33,972 nt of DNA from a virus (Duplodnaviria; Caudoviricetes), in IMG/VR virus record IMGVR_UViG_3300025277_000067, positions 1-33,972 of that record, one strand, 5' to 3'. The notes under the pieces are model-generated. The model made no database searches and was not told the DNA's origin. It saw nothing but the letters and a program-made list of their open reading frames with translations. Below are positions 7,803 to 15,796 of this stretch, piece by piece (the stretch's first letter is position 1; every line of letters starts with the position of its first letter). Both the position numbers and the translations under genes were made by a program.

Positions 7803-9573
7803 ATATATTCAGCTTGGTGGGTTGCTTATATTATTAAGTATTCCATTTGTATGGAACCTGAGTTTTATAGAGACACTGAAACTAAAGACTTTTGATTCCC
7901 TAGTTTCTGAAAAACAAGCTTCTGGATATTTCTCAATACTTTCTATTAATGAGGAAGATATAGAAAGAGAGGGGGGGTATCCTTTTGGCCGGCAAAGACT
8001 CGCAGAGATACATAATGAGCTATTAGAGAAGGGAGCTATAGGCGTAGGGTGGGTTCTAGCTTTTCCACAACCTGATAGGTTTGGAGGAGATACAGAATTT
8101 GCTAGTGCTTTATCTGGGTCGCCAAGTGTTCTCGCAATGTTTGAGAACGATAACGGAAGCTACCCCGAAACAACAGGCACCGTTATTTTAGGGGAAGATA
8201 TTGGCGGTATTCTGGCAAGTGGCGTCATACAGAATATAGACCCGCTGAAAGAAAGCTCCAGTCAGGGGATAGCGGTTGCTAGAACTGATATAGATAATTT
8301 AGTCAGAAGACTTCCTCTATTGATGAGAACTCCAGATGGATGGGTTCCTGCTTATGGAACTGAGGTTCTAAAAATACTAGCAGGTGCAGATACTTACGTT
8401 ATAAGGACAAGTGAAAATGGAATAGAAGAAGTCAGGGTCCGGGGGCTTCCTCCGGTATCTGTAGACTCATTGGGTAGAAGATGGATTAGTTATGTAGATA
8501 CTCCAGAAACAAACTTATACGAAATGGATGTTGCAGATAAGTTTGTTTTTGTAGGGTTTACGGCAAGGGGCATAATGCCTCAAATTGCAGTACCAAACAA
8601 CAAGCTGCTTGAACCGCACAAAATACAGGCGGCTTTAGCAGAAAGCATTTTGATAGAAAATAGCCCCTATATACCGAATTGGGCGTTGGCGGCAGAAGTA
8701 TTGATATTTTTTGCCGGCACAATCTTGACAGTTGTTTTGATCAATTCTTTAGGGATAACGCTAGGAATAACATTAACCGGTCTATTGTTTACAGGGGTAG
8801 GATATTTAGGACTTGCCTTAATTCAGAGGGGTTTACTGGTAGATGTAACATGGGCTCTGATATCTGAATTCATTATTGCATCTGCCGCCTTCTACCTGAG
8901 ATTTCGTGAACAGTATAAGCTACGACAGGAAATCAAAAAGCAATTTGAACACTACCTTGATCCAAGGCAGGTTAAAAAGTTACAGAAGAACCCAGAGCTA
9001 CTAAAGCTCGGAGGCGAAAAGCGACTTGCTACTTACCTATTCACTGATGTAAGAGGGTTTACCTCTATGTCCGAGTCTTTAGACCCGGCGCAAGTTACAT
9101 ATATAATGAATAGAGCCTTGACTGCGCAGCAAAAGGCTGTGCAAAAACACGGCGGCATGGTCGATAAGTATATCGGTGATGCAATGATGGCAATTTTTAA
9201 TGCACCATTAGACTTAGATAAGCACGCACATGTCGCTATTGAGTGTTCACTAGATATTCTAAAAAATATGTCGGAGCTAAATATAGAACTCGCCCAAAGA
9301 AAATTACCGCCAGTGGCTATTGGTATCGGAATCAATACTGGAGAAGCGGTTATCGGGAATATGGGAAGTGAAATGAGATTTGACTATACCGCCATTGGAG
9401 ATGCAGTAAACATAGCTGCAAGGCTAGAATCTGCAACAAAAGAAGTTGGAGAAGATATACTTATAGGAAAAGATACTAAAAACTATTGTAGTTTTAAGCT
9501 AAAATTGTTAGAGCCTATAAAAGTAAAAGGTAAAGAAAAGTCTCTGGAAATCTATACAGTGGAGGAACGATGA
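7795..9573 (+). CDS. CHASE2-domain membrane adenylate/guanylate cyclase (class III)
   Basis: N-terminal TM, CHASE2-like periplasmic region (ILSINEEDI...G.YPF.R, LAFPQPDR, D.DNLVRRLPL), 3 TM helices, cyclase motifs FTDVRGFT, DKYIGDAMMA, GIGINTG and DYTAIGDAVNIAARLE. Confidence 0.93.
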   Translation: MTRYIQLGGLLILLSIPFVWNLSFIETLKLKTFDSLVSEKQASGYFSILSINEEDIEREGGYPFGRQRLAEIHNELLEKGAIGVGWVLAFPQPDRFGGDTEFASALSGSPSVLAMFENDNGSYPETTGTVILGEDIGGILASGVIQNIDPLKESSSQGIAVARTDIDNLVRRLPLLMRTPDGWVPAYGTEVLKILAGADTYVIRTSENGIEEVRVRGLPPVSVDSLGRRWISYVDTPETNLYEMDVADKFVFVGFTARGIMPQIAVPNNKLLEPHKIQAALAESILIENSPYIPNWALAAEVLIFFAGTILTVVLINSLGITLGITLTGLLFTGVGYLGLALIQRGLLVDVTWALISEFIIASAAFYLRFREQYKLRQEIKKQFEHYLDPRQVKKLQKNPELLKLGGEKRLATYLFTDVRGFTSMSESLDPAQVTYIMNRALTAQQKAVQKHGGMVDKYIGDAMMAIFNAPLDLDKHAHVAIECSLDILKNMSELNIELAQRKLPPVAIGIGINTGEAVIGNMGSEMRFDYTAIGDAVNIAARLESATKEVGEDILIGKDTKNYCSFKLKLLEPIKVKGKEKSLEIYTVEER

Positions 9574-10049
9574 AAAATCTATTAAAAAGTATAGTTGGGG
9601 CAGTAGCTCCGAGTTTAGGAACTGCTCTAGGTGGCCCATTAGGCGGTATGGCCAGTAAGGTTATATGCGATGTTTTGGGATGTGAAGATAATCCAAAGGC
9701 TATTGATAATGCAGTACAGCAGGCAACCCCGGAGCAGTTGTTAGAATTAAAGAAGGCCGAGAAAACTTTTGAACTCCAGATGAAGGAACTAGACGTTGAT
9801 ATTTTCAAGCTTGAAACACTGGATATTCAGGATGCTAGAAGCAAGTTTAGTAAAGATTGGACCGCCAGACTTATCGGTTTGTTTACGGTTGGCGGTTTTA
9901 TGGGGTATATCTTTTTGGTGACTCTACAGCCGCCTGAACAAAACTCAGAGGCTCTAATAAATCTAGTTTTAGGGTATCTCGGAGGGTTGGCGAGTGCAAT
10001 CATTTCTTTTTACTTTGGTGCCTCACATTCTGATAATAAGGAAGAATAA
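9570..10049 (+). CDS. Holin-like membrane protein
   Basis: N-terminal APSLGTALGGPLGG segment, coiled coil, D.QDAR motif, two TM helices ending IISFYFG; directly before the lysozyme. Confidence 0.7.
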   Translation: MKNLLKSIVGAVAPSLGTALGGPLGGMASKVICDVLGCEDNPKAIDNAVQQATPEQLLELKKAEKTFELQMKELDVDIFKLETLDIQDARSKFSKDWTARLIGLFTVGGFMGYIFLVTLQPPEQNSEALINLVLGYLGGLASAIISFYFGASHSDNKEE

Positions 10050-10492
10050 TGGAAACTTCCGAAGAAGGTAAGGCTCTGATAAAAAAATTTGAAGGCTGTG
10101 AGTTAGAAAGCTATCGTTGTAGTGCTGATGTGTCAACTATCGGGTACGGGCATACTAAAGACGTGTCAGATGGGGATGTTTGCACGCAAGAAGAAGCTGA
10201 TCAGATGTTAACTGAAGATCTAGAAGAGTTCGAAGGCTTTGTGGATAAGTTAGTTACTGTAGATTTAGAGCAAAATCAGTTTGATGCGTTAGTAGCTTGG
10301 ACATTTAACCTTGGTCCTTCAAATTTAAAGAATTCTACTATGTTAAAAGTCTTGAATCAAGGGGAATATAATAAAGTTCCTAGTGAAATGAAGCGTTGGA
10401 ACAAAGCAGCCGGTAAAGTATTAGGTGGTTTAGTGAGAAGAAGGGAGGCCGAATCTCTTCTTTTTGAAGGTAAAGATTGGTATAAGGTGTAA
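10049..10492 (+). CDS. Endolysin, GH24 phage lysozyme
   Basis: LIKKFEG (catalytic Glu), TIGYGHT, QNQFDALV..TFNLG and W......VL.GL.RRR.AE motifs; no signal or SAR helix visible. Confidence 0.95.
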   Translation: METSEEGKALIKKFEGCELESYRCSADVSTIGYGHTKDVSDGDVCTQEEADQMLTEDLEEFEGFVDKLVTVDLEQNQFDALVAWTFNLGPSNLKNSTMLKVLNQGEYNKVPSEMKRWNKAAGKVLGGLVRRREAESLLFEGKDWYKV

Positions 10493-10496
10493 TTCA

Positions 10497-12362
10497 ATGC
10501 CTTTAAATAAATTTATATTTCGCCCCGGAATTAATAGAGAAGGGACAGACTATGATAATGAAGGAGGCTGGTTTGACGGTAATCTTATCCGCTTTAAAAA
10601 TGGTAGACCTCAAAAAATAGGAGGCTGGGCCAAAGACACACTCGACACCTTTTTAGGAAAAGCGAGAGCTCTTCATGCTTGGGTTTCCCTTGGAGGGACC
10701 AAGTATTTAGGTATGGGTACAACTTGGAAGTATTATGTAAAATTAGGATCAAATTTTGATGATGTTACACCTTTACGCAGCACTACCTCTGCGGGGGATG
10801 TAACTTTCTCAGCTAGTAATGGTGATGCAACAATTACTGTTACAGATTCAAGTCACGGAGCTGTGGCAAATGATTTTGTGACTTTTAGCGGTGCGGCTAC
10901 TTTAGGCGGCTTAATTACAGCTGCCGTGTTGAATCAAGAATATCAAATAGCAACCATAGTCAATACAAATAGTTATACCGTAGAGGCAAAAGATACATCT
11001 GGAAATACAGTTACCGCTAATAGCAGTGACAGCGGTAACGGTGGCGGTTCTGTTGTGGGGGCTTATCAAATTAATGTTGGTTTGGATGTATTTATTGCGT
11101 CTACCGGTTGGGGATCAGGAACTTGGGGCGCGGGTACATGGGGAAGTACTAAAACTCTTTCTGCTAGTAATCAGTTAAGACTTTGGACACATGATCATTT
11201 TGGAGAAAATTTGATCATCAATCCTCGTGGTGGAGGGGTTTATAGATGGGTAGAAAATAGTGGTACCTCAGTAAGAGCCGCCGAATTATCTGGGGTAAGT
11301 GGTGCAAATCTAGTACCCACAATTGGTCTACAGGTAATTACTTCAGAAAAAGATAGACATCTAATTGTTTTAGGAGCAGATCCTATAGAAGATTCTTCGC
11401 GCACCGGTTCAGCTGACCCTATGCTTATAGCGTTTAGTGATCAGGAAAATGAACTTGAATTTGAACCAAAAAGCACTAATACAGCTGGGTCATTACGTTT
11501 ATCTTCCGGTAGTGAAATTATAGGTGCGGTGAAAGCAAGACAGGAAATTTTAATTTGGACAGACACGGCCCTCTACAGTATGCAATTTATTGGTCCTCCT
11601 TATACCTTTGGTATAAATTTGATTAATGAAAATACAGGGCTGATGGCTCCTAAAGCAGCGGTAACTGCTCCAAATGGTGTTTATTGGATGGGGTATAATA
11701 ATTTCTATTCTTATACAGGAGCCATTAAAAAAGTTCCATGTACAATTTTGAGCTATGTATTTGATAATTTTAATGTTTCTCAAGCCTATAAAGTTCATGC
11801 TTTTACCAACTCTCAGTTTGATGAAGTCGGGTGGTTCTATCCTTCCAGTAGTGCTATCGAAATAGACAGATATATTGTCTATAATTATGCAGAAAATGTT
11901 TGGTCCTATGGAGAACTAACAAGACATGCTTGGTTGGATGCGGGAGTAGAACCCTACCCAAGAGCAACAACAGATTCCTACCTATATGAACAAGAAACAG
12001 GGTACGACGCCGATGGGAGTCCTATGACTAATGTTTATATAGAGTCTAGTGACTTTGATATAGGGGAAGGGGAGCAATTTTCCTTTATTAGTAGAATCAT
12101 CCCCGATATCAGGTTTTTAGATAACAGTAGCGGAGGACAGGTTAATTTTGTATTGAAGACACGTAATTTCCCGGGAGATAGTTTAGCAACAAACAGCACA
12201 TCCGTTATAACAAGTACAACACAACAGGCTTATGTAAGGGCAAGAGCACGCCAAGCGGCGGTTCGGTTAGAATCTGACGATGATGATGTAAATGCGAATA
12301 CATCCACAGGCTGGCGGCTAGGAGCCACTCGTTTAGATATAAAACCTGATGGCAGACGATGA
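10497..12362 (+). CDS. Tail tubular/nozzle protein (P22 gp10/T7 gp12-like beta-propeller)
   Basis: ~620 aa beta-rich protein starting MPLNKFIFRPGIN (ATG 10497 preferred); IAFSDQEN, AGSLRL, ILIWTD, EVGWFYPS and C-terminal R.RARQ...R....WRLG..R.D.KPDGRR; precedes the ejection-protein block. Confidence 0.75.
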   Translation: MPLNKFIFRPGINREGTDYDNEGGWFDGNLIRFKNGRPQKIGGWAKDTLDTFLGKARALHAWVSLGGTKYLGMGTTWKYYVKLGSNFDDVTPLRSTTSAGDVTFSASNGDATITVTDSSHGAVANDFVTFSGAATLGGLITAAVLNQEYQIATIVNTNSYTVEAKDTSGNTVTANSSDSGNGGGSVVGAYQINVGLDVFIASTGWGSGTWGAGTWGSTKTLSASNQLRLWTHDHFGENLIINPRGGGVYRWVENSGTSVRAAELSGVSGANLVPTIGLQVITSEKDRHLIVLGADPIEDSSRTGSADPMLIAFSDQENELEFEPKSTNTAGSLRLSSGSEIIGAVKARQEILIWTDTALYSMQFIGPPYTFGINLINENTGLMAPKAAVTAPNGVYWMGYNNFYSYTGAIKKVPCTILSYVFDNFNVSQAYKVHAFTNSQFDEVGWFYPSSSAIEIDRYIVYNYAENVWSYGELTRHAWLDAGVEPYPRATTDSYLYEQETGYDADGSPMTNVYIESSDFDIGEGEQFSFISRIIPDIRFLDNSSGGQVNFVLKTRNFPGDSLATNSTSVITSTTQQAYVRARARQAAVRLESDDDDVNANTSTGWRLGATRLDIKPDGRR

Positions 12363-12688
12363 GTAGGCTATTAGTTACACAACTACCCCAAGAGATAGAC
12401 GGGGTAGTTAGTTCAGACACGTATAATCGTCTAGTAAGAATATTAGAAATAAACTTAGGTGAATTCGACCCAGACAATATACGTCAAATAGAAGACACTG
12501 AAAAAGCAAAACTACAGTTTAATCCGGGGAGTTTAGTTTGGAATACAAATAATGAGTCGCTAGAAGTATGGAGTGGGAGTTATTGGTTAACACTTTCTAC
12601 TCCTCAAAGTGATCATGGGCTTTCTGCAACGGGTTCTGTAGGAGAGGTCTCCGTTAAGTTAGCCGGTGCAACAACCATAACTTTATGA
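12359..12688 (+). CDS. Hypothetical virion protein
   Basis: 109 aa, ATGA overlap with the nozzle gene; GSLVWNT...LEVW.G..W fibre-type motif. Confidence 0.6.
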   Translation: MSRLLVTQLPQEIDGVVSSDTYNRLVRILEINLGEFDPDNIRQIEDTEKAKLQFNPGSLVWNTNNESLEVWSGSYWLTLSTPQSDHGLSATGSVGEVSVKLAGATTITL

Positions 12689-12752
12689 TCATAAAGAATA
12701 TACATCATTGTTCAAATAAACTATTATTTAATCAAGGGACTTAGATAAATTC

Positions 12753-14186
12753 ATGCAAAATACCCAAGGATTACAAAGTCTAGAAGAATTAGCTGATGCT
12801 CGCTATGCATTAGCTATGCATGGTCGTTATGGGGACACAACAATAGGACATCTCACTCCGGGAGAGATGGTTCTTCCTCGACCTATAGCGGATGATCCTG
12901 TCTTAAAAAGACAGTTGTTTGACGCCTTTGAGAGACACGAGCTCAACCCTAATCAATATCAAGTAGGCCATTTTGAAAATTCAATTAATCCGCTCACAGG
13001 TGTGCCGGAGTTTGGTTTTTTCAAAAAGATTGGTAAATTCCTCAAAAAAGTAGCTCCTGAAATCGGTAAGATTGTGGGCTTTATATACGGTGGACCAGGA
13101 GGGTCTGCAGCTTTAGGAGCAGCAATCGGTGGTGCTCTTGGGTCAACGGTAAAATATGGAGGAGATATAAAACAAGCCGCGAAACACGCAGCAACTGGTT
13201 ATATGCTCGGGAGTATGGGTCAGGGGGCTGGTCTTAAGGGCGGTCAATCTGGTCAAGGAATCGGTTCTTTATTTAAATCAGCCGGTGAAGGTGGAATGTG
13301 GGGATGGGAAGCAACCCCGGCAGCAGGAGAGGGGGTTGGAGCATTTTTCCAAAATGTAGGGGCAAAAGGTGCCCAGGCCCTCGGAGCTCCTGTGGCAACT
13401 ACGCCTGCCCCTGGAACTCTTGGGGGGCTTTACGGTGGACCACCTATTAGCGTTGCTCAAGAGATTCCATCAATAGGAGATGCATGGTCTAATTTGTCTG
13501 GACCTCAAAAAATGGCCGCATCAATGATGGGTTTAGGAGCTCTTGGCGGTTTTGAAGGTGGGGAAGATACTTCTGAAATGCCTCCCCCCAGCGGAGAACT
13601 CGACAATTATCTACAAAGACCACTCACCGCCGCCTCTTTACCCACCCAATACGGCATAGAAGGTGTAGGGGCCGGTGGTCCGGGGTCAATGTTGCCCACA
13701 GGAGCAGGGATAGTTGGTGGTGAAACATTAGACCCAGCTACAGCTGCCTTTTTAAGAGAAACCTTAGATGATGAAGAATACAGCGATTTGATGTTCCCTG
13801 AATTTAAAAGAACTTATGCTAAGAACGGAGGACCCATCTTAAGCGATGGTGAAACATTAGACCCAGCTACAGCTGCCTTTTTAAGAGAAACCTTAGATGA
13901 TGAAGAATACAGCGATTTGATGTTCCCTGAGTTTAAAAGAACTCGTGCTAAGCACGGAGGACCCATCTACGAATTAGATCTACGAGGCGGTGGTGCGTCG
14001 TATGGTCCCGGTACAGGAACATCAGACGATGTACCGGCCATGTTAAGCGATGGAGAATTTGTGATGACTAAACAGAGCGTAATGGGGATGGGGGATGGTG
14101 ATCATAAACAAGGAATAGAACATTTATATACCATGATGCAAACCAATGAAAATAAAGCTAAAGGACTGGGGATAGGGAGAGCATAA
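12753..14186 (+). CDS. Putative internal virion/ejection protein (Gly-rich)
   Basis: GRYGDT..GHLTPGE, INPLTGVPEF, glycine-zipper segment and GPGTGTSDDVPAMLSDGEFVM motif; located after the nozzle gene. Confidence 0.65.
   Translation: MQNTQGLQSLEELADARYALAMHGRYGDTTIGHLTPGEMVLPRPIADDPVLKRQLFDAFERHELNPNQYQVGHFENSINPLTGVPEFGFFKKIGKFLKKVAPEIGKIVGFIYGGPGGSAALGAAIGGALGSTVKYGGDIKQAAKHAATGYMLGSMGQGAGLKGGQSGQGIGSLFKSAGEGGMWGWEATPAAGEGVGAFFQNVGAKGAQALGAPVATTPAPGTLGGLYGGPPISVAQEIPSIGDAWSNLSGPQKMAASMMGLGALGGFEGGEDTSEMPPPSGELDNYLQRPLTAASLPTQYGIEGVGAGGPGSMLPTGAGIVGGETLDPATAAFLRETLDDEEYSDLMFPEFKRTYAKNGGPILSDGETLDPATAAFLRETLDDEEYSDLMFPEFKRTRAKHGGPIYELDLRGGGASYGPGTGTSDDVPAMLSDGEFVMTKQSVMGMGDGDHKQGIEHLYTMMQTNENKAKGLGIGRA
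13718..13968 (+). repeat. In-frame tandem duplication with 129 bp period (two 122 bp copies)
   Basis: 13718-13839 and 13847-13968 differ at 4 positions; both encode GETLDPATAAFLRETLDDEEYSDLMFPEFKRTxAKxGGPI. Confidence 0.95.
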
Positions 14187-15796
14187 TGGCAACTGAACGT
14201 GAATATCTACGGGAAGAACAATTCCCACCAAATTATCTAGCACAATTTTATAGTGGCGCTCCCGGAACAAATGTTCCAGGAATCATGCCTCTATTGAATC
14301 AAGAGCTTGTTAACCGAATGATGGGGTTCGGTGTAGAGGGAGCAAATCCATACACTTACTCTGGTGAACGTATAGCAGATTTTGCTCCCGCAGAAAGAGA
14401 AGCAATGAGAATGACTGCGGAAGGCATGGGTTCCTATTTACCGTACTTTCAAAGAGGAGAACAATTGACGGAAAGTGGCCTAGGAGCAGTGACTGATGCT
14501 TATGGAGATACTCGTAATTTAATAGATCAAGCAGTTCAAGCTGGCGAAATGAGTACCGAAGAAGCAATGGGGTTGCTTAGACAAGCCCCGGGAATAGCTG
14601 GACAGGCTACTCAAGCAGGAATGGGACAAATAGACGCATCCGGCAGAGAACTTAGAGGAGCCAGAGATGTAACGGGTGGAGGACTCGGTAGGCTCAGTCA
14701 AGCTGCCGGAACCGGTTATGGGGCAACTGGTATGTTTTCTCCCGGCGGTTCTGCGGGGATACTTGGTGGGCCTGGTGGTACTCCTCCTACTGGGGGTTAT
14801 GGGGGGGTGTCTGATTTTTATAATCCTTATGAAGAACAAGTCGTTCAACAAACTATGGAGGACGTGCGTAAAGGTTTAGCTCAGGGCGATATTGCGCGCA
14901 GAGCTGGAGAAATTGGCGCAGGGGCGTTTGGCGGTTCTAGGAGCCGGTTAGCCGGACAGGAACTCGCAGAAGCCGCAGCTAGAGGTGCCACCCAACAAGT
15001 TGGCGCTATACGGGCGGGGGGTTATCAAGACGCAGCACGCAGAGCACAAGCAGCATTTGAATCACAACAAGCACGTCAAGCAAATCAAGCAAACCTACTG
15101 GCGGGGCTTGGTGCTCAACAATCTGATATCGGTGCTAGGCTAGGTACAATAGCTGGTCAAAGAGCGGGTATGGGAACTCAAATTGCTGGTCTCGGTAGTA
15201 ATTTAGCCGGGATGTACGGCACTACTGCTGGAGGAATAGGTAGTCTTGGCGGTAATTTAGCCAATATTTATGGCGGGGCGGCAGGAGATGTCTTTGGAGC
15301 TGGGGCTCAGTTAGGACAACTTGGCATGGGGGCAGGACAACAGATGTCCGGGCTTGGTTATGGCGCTAGTCAGCTATTGGGAACGGATATTAATAGAATG
15401 ATGGGTATAGGCGGTATGCAACGTGGAATGGACCAACGTGGATTAGACTTAGGTTACGGTAATTTCGTAGGTCAGTATAATCTACCGATGCAAACGCTCG
15501 GGCAGGTAGGCGATATGGCTACGGGTTGGTCTCCGGCGATGGGTGGTACAACTTTACAGCAGAAGACCACAGGACAGCAAACTAATCCACTTATGCAAGC
15601 GGCAGGAACAGCACTCACAGCATACGGAGCATTTAATAATCCAAGTGGCAGCACAGCCACGGGCGGGGTACACCAGGGACCGCCGACAAATTTGCAGCTT
15701 AACCCACAGGCGGGAGGCACTGCAGGCTTATCCCCGCCGAATCCGTATTTAACAAGTCAACAGCGCGGGCGCGGTATGGGCATGGGAGTAAGATAA
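14186..15796 (+). CDS. Putative internal virion/DNA pilot protein (Gly/Gln/Ala-rich)
   Basis: FYNPYEEQVVQQ and GAGAFGGSR motifs, long GQ/GA-rich helical repeats; TAATG coupling to the previous gene. Confidence 0.65.
   Translation: MATEREYLREEQFPPNYLAQFYSGAPGTNVPGIMPLLNQELVNRMMGFGVEGANPYTYSGERIADFAPAEREAMRMTAEGMGSYLPYFQRGEQLTESGLGAVTDAYGDTRNLIDQAVQAGEMSTEEAMGLLRQAPGIAGQATQAGMGQIDASGRELRGARDVTGGGLGRLSQAAGTGYGATGMFSPGGSAGILGGPGGTPPTGGYGGVSDFYNPYEEQVVQQTMEDVRKGLAQGDIARRAGEIGAGAFGGSRSRLAGQELAEAAARGATQQVGAIRAGGYQDAARRAQAAFESQQARQANQANLLAGLGAQQSDIGARLGTIAGQRAGMGTQIAGLGSNLAGMYGTTAGGIGSLGGNLANIYGGAAGDVFGAGAQLGQLGMGAGQQMSGLGYGASQLLGTDINRMMGIGGMQRGMDQRGLDLGYGNFVGQYNLPMQTLGQVGDMATGWSPAMGGTTLQQKTTGQQTNPLMQAAGTALTAYGAFNNPSGSTATGGVHQGPPTNLQLNPQAGGTAGLSPPNPYLTSQQRGRGMGMGVR

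Noticed and set aside
4055-9573. Curli and cyclase genes as flanking host chromosome (prophage boundary)
   Set aside because: The genes overlap phage-type genes on both sides, share their strand, and no integrase or att-like repeat is seen; read mapping should still confirm.
7795-9573. Pycsar/CBASS-type defence cyclase
   Set aside because: The architecture is a CHASE2 membrane receptor with ATP-type specificity residues and no adjacent cNMP-binding TIR or TM effector.
13718-13968. Diversity-generating retroelement TR/VR pair
   Set aside because: Both copies are adjacent and in-frame in one gene, there are only four mismatches (one not at adenine), and no reverse transcriptase is present in the window.
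14000-14070. GPGTGTSDDVPAMLSDGEFV motif suggesting a tape measure protein (siphovirus)
   Set aside because: The protein is short and sits after a nozzle-type gene; no tail tube, chaperone frameshift or baseplate genes are visible, so an ejection protein is more plausible.
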